DNA of 64,000 bases, taken from NCBI GenBank assembly GCA_965649825.1, contig OZ287698.1, positions 1,007,949 through 1,071,948 of the forward strand, written 5' to 3'. Under the pieces are notes generated by a model. That model did not search any database and was not told the origin of the DNA. It saw only the letters and a program-made list of their open reading frames with translations. This stretch comes from Penicillus capitatus. Lineage: Eukaryota; Plantae; Chlorophyta. The translations under genes were made by a program, and so were the position numbers. Shown in pieces: positions 24,838-39,500 of the stretch (its first letter is position 1; the number at the start of each line of letters is the position of its first letter).

Positions 24838-25798
24838 TTAAGATCGAGCTTCGTTCTGTCATCTCGCTGCAAGGTGTGCTCGGCTAAACCTTGATGGAGT
24901 CAATTTTCTCCGTCGTTTCCGCCATGAGCTTATTGATCATGTCTTCAATCTCCATGAAATCGACAACGCCGTCTTCCCCTGCCACCTTCTCAAAAGTCAA
25001 GCCAAGTGCCTTGAAACGGTTTTGGAGATGTTTTGGGATTCTGGCAAAGAAATCTTCAAACTCTGGCTTCATCATCCCTGCATCTTTGTCCAAAAACTCC
25101 ACGTCTTGAGCAATTTTCCCAAGCAGTGCCCGCTCGTTTTGATTTGTCATGCGTTCCATCTTTGCGTGAATCTTATTCGCTTCACCCAAAATCTTCTTGA
25201 CATCCGCTCCTGTCTCGGAAGCGAATTTTTCGATGTTTCCTGTGACGAAGGCCGATAATGTCATACGATAGCAGCGGGACTAGGATGTCATACCTTTGAG
25301 GTTTTGAAATTGCTCCAGTTCGTTGTGCAATCCCTCACTGACACTCTGCAGTTCGCCGACAGTCCCTTCCAGTTTCGTCACATGGCCAGTGAGCTCTTCT
25401 TTCTTGGCTCCCAGGTTTTTGACTTCAGCGTCTAGACGCGCCCCTGTTACTTCCAATCGTTCGTTCTCTTTTTCGAAACGATCGATCTCGGCCGCCAAAT
25501 TGCGCAGGGCCCAGACTCGACTGAATGCAACGAATAAACATACACCTCCCAGAACTGGGGTGATATAGACTGGAAGCTAGAAAGCCACAAATCTCTCCTA
25601 GGAGACGCCGACGGCGAAAAGACGGCGACTTACGCCAAAGCTAGCAACGAAACAGAAGATGCATCCACCGACGATAGCGACGATGAAGCAGTTATCCATC
25701 GGATTCATGAAGAACCACGTTTTAAACCAGCCACAGGGATCGCTCAAGCAGCTGGGACTGCTATCGCCGTCTCCGACGAGAGGTTGTGTCGACGCCAT
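24838..25798 (-). CDS. Membrane-anchored coiled-coil protein with an EF-hand-like C-terminal loop
   Basis: ATG 25798 MASTQPLV..., hydrophobic segment CFIVAIVGGCIFCFVASF, heptad exon AAEIDRFEKENERL..., and EKVAGEDGVVDFMEIEDMI. The 3' end is 24838 if spliced, 24884 if not. Confidence 0.65.
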
Positions 25799-27399
25799 GA
25801 CGAGGGGAATGAATGTCCGTCAACACAACTGGGAGTGCGGGGTTCACCGGTTGCGACGAGTGCGAATTGGGACGCGGCGCTGGAGACGCGGAAAAGGGCA
25901 ATCGCTGTTGTGTCGTCGACATCGACGTCATCAAACGCATTTCTCTCACGAATCCAATGAATCGACACAGATATCGGAAATGATCTCGACGTTAACATGA
26001 TGCCGTCGACGCGCGCGTTTGTCAAGAACAAGAGACAATGTTCGCTTGTGTCAGTACCGAAAATATGAGAGGTCGTTGCATGAATGATCGTAAGACTTCT
26101 CGTGATAACAGCTGAATTGCGATGGGATTTGACGTGGCCCATTTTGATTTTCCTATGTCTTACTATATAGAACGCGCCATTTTTTTGATGAAGATGGAAA
26201 CTATGGCTCGATAGGATGGATAATCGAGCAAAGCGCAGATAAGAGAGTCCAATTACATGGATGTCTTAAAGCCTTTTATCCATATCGGGTTGTGTTCTGT
26301 TTGTCTGCGTTGGAAGAGCATACCCACTTCACCGTTAGGGTACCTTTACGTAATACGTTGTGATTAGAGAGGCAAAGAAATCGATTCTAGAGTCACAACA
26401 TCACAATTCTTATAGGATTAAAAGAAATGCCGGCATAAACTGGGAGAGCACCAATAAAGAACCTTTGACGTTTGAGTATTTCTTCTATGCCACTTGTTAG
26501 ACCGATTTAACGACCACTGTGAGAAGGGGAAGAAGCCTAGCCCATAATCGTCTGTCTATGAAAACGCACATAATTTTTAAGTGTGTTTTCAAATTCCTGC
26601 TACGGCATGTGAAGCATGTATGAGTTCTGCTTGATTTTTTGAGAATACTAATTGCAGGGAAGAAAGCGTCCGTGCTCAATGTCAAGTACGTGGAATGGAA
26701 AGGGAACGTGAGCATTGGCAAGAGGAGGTTGCCACCAATCGTAACAGCCACTGCATAAGCAGGGAAAGGGATCAGCTTTTGAACCAGTCCGACGCATTGT
26801 TAGAAAGTCGTTAGACATAATCATAAGAAAGAATCCATGGTTAAGATTAACAGATCTACCTGCTGTTTGATTCGCCCATGATTCCTACCAATCATCGGCA
26901 GGAGTTATAACAAAAATATCTGGAAAGAAGAGTCCACTTGATTGATTCAAGTCTGTCGATTCCGAAAAAATGCGATAGAGCCGTTGGCGATTTTTCCTGT
27001 CTTCGTTTTTAGGTAGTGCAAATCATAGCGGCATCGAAAGACCGTTGCTTGAAATTGCCGATAGTTTGGGATCTGGCTAATCAAATGGGGATACGGGTTA
27101 AAGAATGCCAAGTGGAGCATAGGTTGACTGTTGTCTCCTTTCCCGCGGATCGAAGGTGTAAAAGTAGCGCCAATAACGGCAAATCATCAACTGTTTTAGC
27201 AGCATTGTCAAATTATGTCGAGCTGTTCGAGAGCGTACAAAGGTTTCTTGTTTTTTGTGTTATTTTGACATAAGACGATCTTAAGCATTTTAGATAGCCT
27301 GTGGATTGATCGCGAATCGACAGAAGTTGATATATCTGACTTACAGTAAGTAGCTGCATAGATTTGATTGTCGTCTCCACTGTGTTTGCAATATTCCAT

Positions 27400-29250
27400 T
27401 CTTAATGGTTGACACGTCGTATCACTCATCTGACCTAGGTAATAAATCAGTCCTTGTACTTGAGAAAATTAAATTCGCACGCAGTATCCGCTCGAAGAAA
27501 CACTTTTGTCCATTTACTCAATCGCCGAAGAAGACCAAGAGCCTTTGAAAGTGCCTTTAGCATGCATAAAAACGACGAAAAGTCTTCGTTCAGTTTAGCG
27601 AATGTTGCCCTTGGCTCCGGAACAGGCCGAGAAAGAATCGCAGTAACCGCGACGGACATTAGTATCCGCAGGAAAACCTACATGATGCCGTTATGGTTTG
27701 GAAGGCAACTACATATGACCTTCGCCATTTCGCTCGATCTTACGCCCATGTACGTCAGTAACGCTTACGTCTTAAGGGACGTGAGAGGAAAGATGGTTAT
27801 CACCAGATTCCGAAATACATTGTGTTCTGTAACTTTCTAGATCCGATTCGCTGGACGGACGATGTAGTTTGTTTTCGTGTTATCAGTAGATTACTTCTCC
27901 CGATTGGTCCGACTCTGTTTCGACAATACTATCAACCGAAGCGGCATTATAGGGATGTCAACGTTGTATCTCGAGATATTAAACGTCAATGGAGATTTAC
28001 CTTTTGCTGGGTAACCACGAAGAAGCCCCTGGGATCGACAGGTGCTACTTGTTAATGAACATCGTTATCTAAGCTGCTTAATTGCAACGCCTCAGGACAA
28101 CGGACACAGTCCGTGCAACAATGCCCTGCTGCGCAACTAGCGTCTACGATTCAGCAGCGTCCCAGAGAACGTTGATGGATGAGGAACTATTGACAGCCTA
28201 CATTGACTTAGCAACCAATGACTCGGTGAATGACATTACTTGATACACAACCCGTAACTTTATCCTGGTCATATATTTTTACTTTCCGATTAGAACTTTG
28301 TTCGGGCTCGGATAATCTAACTTATCCAAATTCAATATCCTTTATATACATTGAACCTTTCTTAAGCTAATGTACTTCATATTCATCCTTATTCCATTGC
28401 TAACCAAATTGGAATCCCTTCTCCCTGGTCCCCTGTACGGGATGTGAGTTAAGCTTCAATTATGTATTCAGAACTGAAGTGATTTCTGGATCATGAAGCA
28501 CAATGCTTATATCCAGTTCTATTCCAACTGCAACGGGCAGAGGATCTGGAGTGACGTGCCAGAAGCTTTTACAGCTTAATCAGAGCTTAGTTGTACCTCG
28601 AAGCGAATAACATTCCTGTCAAAACTGTCGATTAGCGACAGTCCTATGTGACGTATTCCGCTTTGTTGAGTGCATCGAACATAAAGTACAGCACCACGAG
28701 TAGTGAAGGAGCATCTACATGCAACTGCTTCAGTGTCCGCAGGAATGGGGATGGCTTCGTTTGTCCCGCCAGGAAGGCGAGCAGTGTGCACTCTTTGGCG
28801 TTGGTAACGGCGAGTGCGGCGAGGTCGACAATGCTTCGGCTGCCTTTACGGCCGCCCTTGTGACATCCATCGTGCTGTGAAGAAAGGAAAATGAATGACA
28901 TTAATGATGCTACTGTACCGTACGCCCGCTGACCGTTCTGATCATTGAATGCATTGAAACACCGCGTTCGACTTAGCAAAGTCATTATCGAGCATTCCGT
29001 CTAATCGCGTTCAATTCTCTAACGCTGTACGCGGTTGTTCTTGCTATTACTGCGTGTTTTATCTCGCAGTTGACGAACGCGACCGTTGGGACAGGAGAAG
29101 TAACTATTATTGAAGTGCAAGGCTCTAACGTGTCCAACATCGTATTTGCTGTTTCTGTCATGATGTGACAGCTAAGCAACGACCGGCGCGCGAGACTCCT
29201 TACAGTCCAGACAAGACTGACATTGGACAATTTACCTAATTTCAGCACGA
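27400..29250 (-). pseudogene. Decayed coding sequence in an AT-richer interval
   Basis: A protein-like frame at 27447-27840 is interrupted by TAA and TAG. A Cys cluster (SCAAGHCCTDCVRCPE) lies at ~28090-28140, with ORF fragments at 28644-29248. Family not identified. Confidence 0.3.
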
Positions 29251-30202
29251 CTGTAAGAAACTAGAAAAAAGAAAACATCACTTCACATTCCAACTCCTTG
29301 CTAATCAAATAGGCCTGTCAATGACTATCGCATTATCTTCGCCTGCACTGCCCTTTGCAATGCTCGTAGACTCAAAGACTTGTATAATCTTGAGGAGTGA
29401 ACAGGGGGAGACGAATAACATTTGCATTCATGAAGCGCTGAAGACAGATTCTGAATCATACAATCCAGAACGGAATTCTTACACCCGATCGTTCTACGAT
29501 TCTGAGATCTTTAGAGGGAACACTGGCGTCAATGATCACACCTGGCTGACCCTGGTTTAATAAATGAGCCGAACGTGTCTTTTCGTAGATACAACGCGCG
29601 CCATGGTCTCCTCCACACCCAACGCGAAGCAACAGAAGACATATTTAATTTAAGGTTCCCTTCCGTATCATTTCACTTCAGACGTCCAACGTTCGGACTG
29701 ACTGCTCGTAACCATTCATCCATTTTTAAACACCTCGCCGAATCCACTCCAAGCTCAGGTGTGACACACAACGCAAAACTGAAAAGGTTTGACGAATGCG
29801 ACCGTTCCTGTGACACAGAAAGGTCACTCTGTGTCGTTAGACATGTAGGACTGTCGATGTTCGTTATTCGTCGTTATAAGAATCCGAGTCGGACGACCAA
29901 TCATCGAGGCCGCGGACCCAGAAGTCTGCATGAACTTGCAATGGGCGTGCCGTCGTTTAGCCAATGAGCGGTTAATGGCAGCACGCGTTGATGCGCCACG
30001 TTCTTTCCCATTTCCTCTCTTCGAGTTGAACTCCCTCCCCGAAACGCATTCAATTCGCGGCCAAGATATGAATCCGTTTCGCCAGTATCAGCGCAGTGCC
30101 TCGCAAAACACGGACAGTCTGCATGTGGCCCGGGCAATACATGTTCCCATCTTCCGCGCCTCTCTGAGGGAACACTCCTTTTTGGGCAACGGCGTCGTCC
30201 AA

Positions 30203-33200
30203 ATGCGCGTCACCAAAGAGCATCGACGTGCTTTGAGCGCGCTCTTGCTGTTCATCTTCATTTCAACGGTTTGTTGTCAAACACTAGAACCCGGTAATAC
30301 AGCGCCGTCACTATTCAAGGAATCTCGTACTCTTCTACAAACACGACACTTCCCGGTGCACAAAGCACATACTTCGCTTCTGTTTGCATCGCCTGCCGTA
30401 CGCGTTCAGAATCGTGTTTTTTTCGTACGGATGACAGAGTCGTTAATGGCGGTGCGTAGGGAGTCGCTGTACGCTTTCTGATGAAGATAAGGTCAGCATC
30501 GAAGACAGTGGAACGTGGCGCATTACGAGTGGCGTCTTTCAAGACTATGGCATTCAGAGGATCGTAGACTGCGCCGAGGAAGGAGACGTCATCTTCTTTG
30601 ACTCTGCACTGCGGATCCGACCGTATCAACGCATCGTCATTCGCCGTAACGTCACAATCGACGGTGGCGTGTCGCTTATGGCAGATCGTCCGCCAGACAG
30701 GACCGTCTTCACATGTCCTCATGGAGAGGGTCTTTTCCTCATCAGGCAAGCATCCAGTGTCGTTTGCGGACGGATCGAAGGAGATGTGTTCGTCAGGGAC
30801 TGCAGTTTTACACTCAGAAATGTTGCCATCCGAGACTGTCGCCTATCGAAATGGCATGAAGTAGCAGGCATCATAGAAACAGATGACTGCATGCATCCAT
30901 CTATTGCGGACCGCAAAGTTCTGTTGTCTGACGTCGCATTCGAACGCAACGAGAACTTGGGAGGGTCAGTGGGTCTCTTCGTTAGAGATCCTTCCTGTCA
31001 GAGTGTCACCGAATTCAAGAATGTCGCATTTGAAAGTAATTGGTACAGAGATGCGTCGCGTTTGTCGACGAAGAATGCGTTTAGCAATATCCATGTCCTC
31101 GAAAACAAATGCACCGAGGGCCGTGGAAAGACTTCTTTCTTTTATTTCCCAAAAGATTCCTCATCTACTGTGACGAACATGGTCGCGGAGAAGAATAAGA
31201 ATGCACACGTGATGAGTGTGACCCACGGGCAATTAGTCATTCTTAGTTCAGTTTTTGCAAGGAATGTTGGACACGGTAACGAAATCGTTCGAGTTTCTTC
31301 CTCTTTTTTGACCTTAGAAAATTCCCGTTTCCTCAATAACACGTGCAAATGCGACGGAGTGGCCGTCGCTGCTGACCACGTCTCCGAGGCCAAGTTCCTT
31401 TCTTGTGAGTTCTCGGGGAACGTGGCGACTGGTTACGAAGGTGGGGCGATTTACGTTGTCCAGCCACTCAAGATATCCTTTACGTTCTGCAACTTCATAG
31501 AAAACGTCGTGGATGGCTCTGGTGGAGGGACGGTTGTCGTAGCCGGGTCCGTTTCCCATCCGACCAGAGATATCCATGAAACGACGGAAAGCGTCGAATT
31601 CAGTCATTGTAGGTTTTTACGAAACGTAGCTGGTTATGTGACGTCTGTCCATTTCCGTCAGTTGCATAGTCGAATGATTTTATTTGATTCCTGCCTCGTG
31701 CAAAACAACGCAGCCCCAAGAGTGTATGGCAATTTCGCTGATTTCACGTTCAGTGCCATAACGCTGCATGAAAGTTATGTCGAGGACTTCGCAGCGAAGA
31801 ACTGCAGATTTGAGGCGAACAGCCTTGCCAGAAGTGTGATGTGGTTCTCTGGAGCAGCGGGAACCATCCGAATTTTCAACAGTTCTTTCTTGAACAACAG
31901 TGCTCCGTACGAATGGGGAGGAACGGCAGTGTATTTCTTGAGTGATGAAGTCGACGGAGGCATTCCTCAAAGAAATGACCCACGAAACGAGACAAGACTC
32001 ACCATTCAACATTCACTCTTCGAGCGAAACGACGGCGGGTACAATGGCGCCGCCATAGATGTGACGGGAGAGAGTGTGCATGTCGAGCTGCTGGACACCA
32101 GGTTTGTTAACAACACTGGCGAACTGGGGGCGGCTGTTTCGGTACGAAACACCGCCTCTTTGAACGTCCGTCGCTGCACATTCAGAGATAACACTGTCAC
32201 GAAGGGCAACGGAGGAGCGATGCGCATTGAAAAAACACATGCAACGATCTGGAACAGCACGTTTGTCAGAAACAAGAGTGCTTATGGTGGTGCCATCGAA
32301 TCCGCCACCGGCGTTCGGGTGACTCGCTCGAAATTCTCTGCTAATGAGGCGAGACTCGGAGGCGGAGCACTGAATGTCCATTGTGAAGAGAAGGCGGAAC
32401 ATGCAGAACGCTGTGCCGTTTTGATTAGGAGCAGCGAGTTTGATGGTAATCAGGCTGGACGGTCGGGAGGCGGTCTGCGCATCTCTCGAAACTACAGGCT
32501 GGGCGTCGAAGACTGTAAATTCCGTAGAAACAATTCGACGTTCGGTGGCGGTCTATCGTTTTTTCGTGCTGTACAGCGCGGGGTGTGGTCCATTGGAAAC
32601 TCAACCTTCTCCGAGAACAATGCGTCGACCGGCGGTAAGGGTATGTGCTCGTTGAACGGATGGATAAGAGTTCTGCACTTGCAGGGGCGCTATTCCTGGC
32701 CGATGGCATGACCCCGGGAGGAGTACTGACAAAAAGCAGCACGCCGTCATTGGAATCCACCGACAGGAGCTTCGCGTTCAGGGATCGTACGCGACCGACA
32801 CTCTACCTCAACAACTCCATCGTATCGAATAACACCGCGTGGATATCTGGAGCCGGTGTATACGTCGAGAACGTTCCATTCTTGCAGATCGACGGAGCGG
32901 CTATGGAAGCTCCGGGTGCAAAGTTCGACTGTCGAGGCGAGGAACGGCCATCGTCGCATGAACAGTTCCGACAGAGCTTCTTCAACAACACCATCGCCGG
33001 AAGATACGAAGAGAATGTGGCCAGCGTTTCGACGGGCTTCTGTGTCACTCTTTTCTCGAATGATCAGAAGATCGGGGCCATCGCAGGGGGCGAGAAGTAC
33101 ACACTGAGACGTTGGAAAAGCGGCGATCGTTTTCCGACCTTACACGTGGTGATGTACGATCCTTTCGGCAACGACTTCTCGAGGACGCGAAGCGAACGAG

Positions 33201-35261
33201 CATCCGCAAAAACAAGTGACGAGCGACCGGAGGCAGTCTACGAACAGGACGTGAATGCTGTGCTGTCTTCGAAGATCGCAGAGGGCTACAGAGATCCTTT
33301 CATTCAGAATAGGGTCTATCAGAGCATCTCAACTGGGAGCGGAAACATAACACTCGGCAATCCCTACGCTCGACCAGGAGATTACCAGGTTTGGCTTCGC
33401 GTCGAAGGATTCGAAGACGTCCCTGTCACAATCGAAGTGCAAGTGCGGGGCTGCATGATCAACGAGGAATCCGCCCAGGACGATCGGTTCTGCAAGACTT
33501 GCAATTCGAACCAGTACAACTTCCGCAACGACAGATGGAATGACGCATGTCTCCCGTGCCCCGAGAATGCAAACTGCGCCACTCGCTTCACTCTGCCTCG
33601 GGCAGGGTACTGGAATTCGTTTCCCTGTTCTCCGCACATGGACAGATGCATCTACAAGGAAGCCTGCGAGATGACAGAGGTAGACGCTGTGGAGAACCGA
33701 TCGGATGAGGAGAGGCCCTGCGAACACAGCAACGATTCTGTGCAGCAGTACCAATCAGGTCAGTGCGCCGAGGAATACACAGGCGCGCTGTGTGGATCGT
33801 GCAAGGAAACGGCAGGACGCCTTTCTGCCTTCTCCTGCGCGACATGCATCCCCAGGAAGATTGCCGCGATCGCGATGCTCGGAATCGAGGCAGTGCAGCT
33901 GCTCCTCGTCCTTCTGCCTGTCATGGAGACTCTCGGTGCCGGTACCCAACACACAGATGGCAGATCGCCTTTTTGGAAAATCACACGCGAGGGCAGACGG
34001 GCATCGGATCTTCAAGCCAGGCCCGACTCTACACCAAACTCTTCGGAATCGGGCGCTGAGATACTGGTGAGCGCCGACTCGGCATTCGTCGGGACATTCG
34101 ACTCGAGATCGTGCGAGGAGCGAACAACCAGACGGCGTTTTCTGGGAACGCTGAAGGTATACGATCGATCCTCCTCTCCTTGACGCGACACTGAGAATTC
34201 TCACAGATCGTCATCAACTTTCTGCAGACTGTGTCCATCGCGGCATCGATGGACGTCTCATGGACTGTGCCCACTTTCGTTCTGTTCGAGACATGGGGTG
34301 CGTTCATGTATCAAAGAGATACCACCTAAGCTACATACGTTGTGCAGATTCGATGGGGAGTGCGATTACTATCGGTGCACCATTCGTGCTGGACTGCCTC
34401 CTGCCGATCGGAACCCGAATCCCACGAACCATCCTGCGCCAGATGATGATCGTCTTGCTGCCTCAGATGATGGCACTCTGCATATCCGCACTCGCTTTCC
34501 TCAAAGAGCTGTGTTCCGAGAAGGACTGGGGAAGACTGTTGAGAAGGATCATCCTCGTCTACATCGTGGTGACCTACAACGCGTATCCATCCCTGGTAAT
34601 GGTGGCAGTTGATGCCTTCAACTGCGTGCACGTCCACGACGGGGCGAATCTCGAGGAGGCAACCATGACCCAGCTCTACTGGGCATCCGACACTTCTGTT
34701 CAGTGCTACAGGAACAGTCATTTGGCCTTTGTCTTCGCTGTGTCCATTCCTCTAGCACTGTTCCTTGTGGCATTCCCAGCTTCACTGGCTGCATTCTTGG
34801 CCGTCAGCGCTCAGAGAGGAAATCTGTCCTCCGCATGGACCCAGGAGACGATGGGCTTCCTGTTCGTCGCCTACGAAGACAAGTACGTCTGCTGGGACTG
34901 TCTGATTCTTCTGCGAAAGGCATTTCTCTCCATCGTCATCGTCTTTTCGTACAGTCTTGGCGGCAATCTGCAAGGGCTCCTCTGTATGACATGTCTTGTC
35001 ATTGCACTCTTTCTGCAGATGCACTGCAACCCGTTCAAAAGGGAATTGAGAGGACTGAATTCACTGGAAGGCGTGTCGCTCGTTGTGAGTTTCTTTACGT
35101 TTCTCTGCGGTGTGGTGTTGAACGACGAGAGGCTGACAAATGGTGTGTCGAAAGGAATTGTGACTGCGTCCCTGTTCTGCAGTAACATTGGACTTTTCGC
35201 TTTTCTCTTTCTTACCCTATGCCGACTCAAGTTTGCCAGAACCACTAGCAGAGAGCGTTGA
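30203..35261 (+). CDS. Giant surface-receptor-like protein A: signal peptide, PMP-type (GGA/FxxN) parallel beta-helix repeats, Cys-rich (GCC2/GCC3-like) module, multi-pass membrane C-terminus
   Basis: Signal MRVTKEHRRALSALLLFIFISTVCC. Repeats FSGNVATGYEGGAIYV and FERNDGGYNGAAID. Cys module CKTCNSNQY...CLPCPENANC...PRAGYW and CAEEYTGALCGSC. TM region KIVINFLQ ... FLFVAYEDKYVCWD ... PF. Introns mapped at 30746-30796, ~32635-32684, ~34156-34205 and others. Confidence 0.85.
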
Positions 35262-36545
35262 GACTCCAGTTTTTCGGTCTCGCCAATTCATGGAGAAAAT
35301 AAGACTGAACGGTTTAGCTTCGAGACAAATGCTATAGGCAATGAGCTTTACCTTTGATATCTGAGTAGTACCGTCGTTTAGCTCTCCCATTCCTGTGCAA
35401 TTGGTTTAGTTCTCACCTATTCATAGTACAGTTGTACGATCCGAAGAGAAAGACGATTCATCGCTGTCGAACTTGGATGCGTGCAGAGAACTCTGTAATC
35501 CAGAATCTTTCATAGGAGAAGTTGTGTTCGAACTCGTCGTCGGTCAAGCAGTGGCCACAGTACCGACAAAAGATTACACGGCTGCACCGAACAGTTCTAC
35601 TCTACTGTACGGGGTAGCCGATAGGAAAACTTGCTAGTACGTCATGAAAGACTCTAATTGGTCGATAGAGCGCTTATGGAGCGATAAGGAACTGCTCTTC
35701 GTCGAGTTCCGATGCTCGAATCGAGGAGAAAGCGGCAGATGCTAGACGACCGTCTATGTGCAAAGGCGGCGATAAAGGCGTCTATAAAACGTCGAGCAGA
35801 ACAACCTACATGTGCTGAAATCCTTGCCTTTCCTGTTGAGGGCCTTCGTGTTTTCGACCTCGACTCCATCTGGGATGATTGCTCTAAGACTTTGATGTAC
35901 GTACGAGCTGGAAGACTCCACTAGACGCTCAGGTTGACGATGTGACGGACATATCCAGGTGTTTTCTGCCGACCTCTGTTCGACACTCTGTCAGATGGAC
36001 ACGTGACGTTTGTGTTCTTCCTATCTCTGTGGGCTATGCCTTCGACGCGTGGGATCCATGTTATTCGTGTGTGACAGACAGGAAGGCACTCTTGATTTCG
36101 TTCGGAAACACAGATGTAGATGGCAGATGGTTAAGCAGACTGATTGGATGCTTCTCACTCAATTTCACACTTTCTCGCGGCGACTTCCCGAAATCTGAAA
36201 TCCTTGACCGTTCGCAGCAGGTACGGATTGAACGCGGCACAGCGCGACTGTGTGTCCGGAATGCATGTAGTTGATGATCTTCGAGCCTCGAGTCCTTGAT
36301 GCCTGCAGTCGTGTCGGTCAGATCGTGCAATGTCTCGACAGTCGGGGCGACGCACGGACAGCGCCAGATAAAACGATACCTCCACCTCAGCAGCGCTCAC
36401 TTCTGGCGATCCAGAGTTCGTCGCCCTGCGGAGACAGATTGATGCAACTGTCTTTTCAGTTACCGTATCAATCAGTACATAATGATTCTTCTCAAACGAA
36501 ACGCGTCATTCTGAAACGTTTCGTTCAGGCTTTCTCAGCTTCACG

Positions 36546-39500
36546 ATGCGACGAACTCTTTCTAGTCTCAAGTTCTGTCTGCTCTGCTGCGCGCTCGCGC
36601 ATGGAGTCGGACTGTCACGCGCTGTTCAAAGCGCAACTTCGCGTCCACCAGAGGCCGCTTCTGTGGAAGACGGTTTTCCAACGCTAACTTCGCAACAGAT
36701 TTCCAGCCGTGCTGTCTGGCGTTTTAGGCCGAATGGACGACAAACCTCCACTCAGGCTTTCCGAAACGCCCACAGCTTTCTCCGCCGAAGACATTCGAAA
36801 CGTAATGACGAATTCGCCTGTCTCTTTTCGGCAGTAAGGGCATTAACCATCTCGTCTGTTGTCCGTAGATGGTAAACGAAGCGCGTGCCGCACCTCAGTC
36901 CAACGCGTATGTTCGTGGAATCGCTACAGGTTCGGCCTTCTCTATCCGCTGTGCTGAACGCCCATTTTCGACTGTGTTTAAACGTGTTAGGTTTCGAATG
37001 TGCACTGACACAAGCAACCAAAGAAAGATACATGGCGGCAGACGGCAAAACGTGGCTCGTCGACAGCACTGTCCTTGAAGAAATCGAAAACGATCTCCAG
37101 CTGCTTGTCAACTGCACAAAAGAAGGCGACGTTCTGTCGTTTAACGTCAGAGACTCCGTGCGCCCGTCGTCGGGATTAACTATTCCCTGGCAACTGACCC
37201 TCAGCACGCAACTCAAAGGCACCGACTCTAACGACGGTGTATACCCAACGGACACAAGAACAAAAACAGTATTCGCTTGTCCTCACAAAAACTCAGGACT
37301 CTTTCTTGTCCAGTAAGAACATTTCGATGAAATAATGGTTGGTCATTCTCTTTTTGTTTGTAGGTCTTTGAATGTCACTTTTGTTGATCTCATCATTGAG
37401 AAGTGCACATTCGACGGCACCGATGATTCCCAAGCTGTCATTGAAGTTGCGGCATGTCATTCTCAAGATGCTTACGGCCTAATAGCTCTCCATCGTGTCA
37501 TCTTCCGAAAGAACCACCTGATTGCAGCTTCTGGACTTCGGATGTCTTCCTCGTCCTGTTCTGAACTTGAAATGGTCAAAGTGGAGATCACGGAGAACGT
37601 CTTCTCGGGCAAGGCCTACGGAATCCATCTCGCAACGAAGAACTGGTTGAAAAACTGCGCCGCTTATGGGAACAGAATAGCCGAAACCAGTGGTGGGCAG
37701 CAATCTTCCTTGCTCTATGGAGGTGCCTCGTCCAACACGACGATCCAAGGATTCACGGCTCAGGAAAACAATCTAACCTTCATAAAACTCCAAAATGGTT
37801 TTCTTTCAACAACGAAGGCGGCGTTTACACGGAATTTTCTGGGCACACGAATCGCCAAGGATACGAAAGGCCACTGCTTTCATCTGGTCAAATCATCTGT
37901 CCAGATGGAAGCGTGCACCTTTGTTGCGAACGCAGGCCACCGAGGATTGGCGATCTTCGCCAAAGAGTCAAAAATTTCCGTGTCCGGGTCCATTTTCAAT
38001 GACAACGTCGGTTTTGATGATGGCGCCTGCGTCTACGTAGAAGATTCGGATGTGACGCTGGAGCGCACAAACGCGACAGCCAATAGCGTGCAAGTAAACG
38101 GCGGGTTTATCATGGCGGTGAATTCGATGGTGAGAGTGGACAATACGAAGGCGGCCCGCAACAGTGCGACGAAGAGTGGTGGATATATGTTTGTTGAAAA
38201 ATCGAATGTGACGATGAAAAACACGATCGTGGCCGGCAATTCCGCAAAGTATGGCGGCTTTATGCGGGCCAGAGGATCGCAGGTGACGCTTAAGCGCACG
38301 ACTGCGACCGCCAACAGCGCACAAGAGTTTGGAGGGTTCATGTCGACATTCATCTCGACTGTGAAGCTGTACTGGACGAACGCGACCGGCAACTCCGCTA
38401 TGTACGGCGGCTTTATGCGGGCTAGAGAATCGAAGGTGACTCTGGAGCGCACGAAGGCAACCGCCAACAGCGCACCAGAGATTGGAGGGTTCATGTCTGT
38501 GCTGAGCTCAACTGTGAAACTGGACCGGACAAATGCTGCCGGCAACAAAGCGAAGCAAGGCGGCTTCATAGACGTCGAAGAATCTAATGTGTCCCTCGTA
38601 AACACGATTGCTGTCGACAACATTGCAGCAGAGATTGGAGGCTTCATGTGGGCGTGGAGCTCCACTGTGAAGCTGGACCAGACGAATGCTGCCGGCAACA
38701 AAGCGAAGCAAGGCGGCTTCATACACGTCGAAGAATCGAACGTATCGATGATGGACATGAACGCGACCGTCAACAGGGCAACGAAGAGCGGTGGATTTAT
38801 GCATGTCGAAGAATCGAACGTGACGATGAAGGACACGATCGCGGCTGGCAATTCCGCAAAGTATGGCGGGTTTATGCGGGCTAGAAAAACGAAGGTGACG
38901 CTGGAGCGCACGACTGCTACCGCCAACAGCGCACAGGAGTTTGGAGGATTCATGTCGACATTTATATCGACTGTGAAGCTGGACCAGACGAATGCATCCA
39001 GCAACTTCGCCAAGTTTGGTGGGTTCATACGAGTTAAAGAATCGAGCGTGTCGATGAAGGACATGAACGCGACTGTCAACAATGCGACGAAGAGAGGTGG
39101 ATATATGTTTGTCGAAGAATCGAATGTGACGATGAAAAACATAATCGCGGTCGGCAATTCTGCAAAGTATGGCGGGTTTATGCGGGCTAGAGAATCGCAG
39201 GTGACGCTTAAGCGGACGACTGCGACCGCCAACAGCGCACAGGAGTTTGGAGGGTTCATGTCGACATTCATCTCGACTGTGAAGCTGTACTGGACGAACG
39301 CGACCGGCAACTCCGCTATGTACGGCGGCTTTATGCGGGCTAGAGAATCGAAGGTGACTCTGGAGCGCACGAAGGCAACCGCCAACAGCGCACCAGAGAT
39401 TGGAGGGTTCATGTCTGTGCTGAGCTCAACTGTGAAACTGGACCGGACAAATGCTGCCGGCAACAAAGCGAAGCAAGGCGGCTTCATAGACGTCGAAGAA

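Noticed and set aside
35712-36274. LRR-like ORF fragments between receptors A and B
   Set aside because: Only a vague Leu/Cys pattern, broken by stops; no motif strong enough to call.
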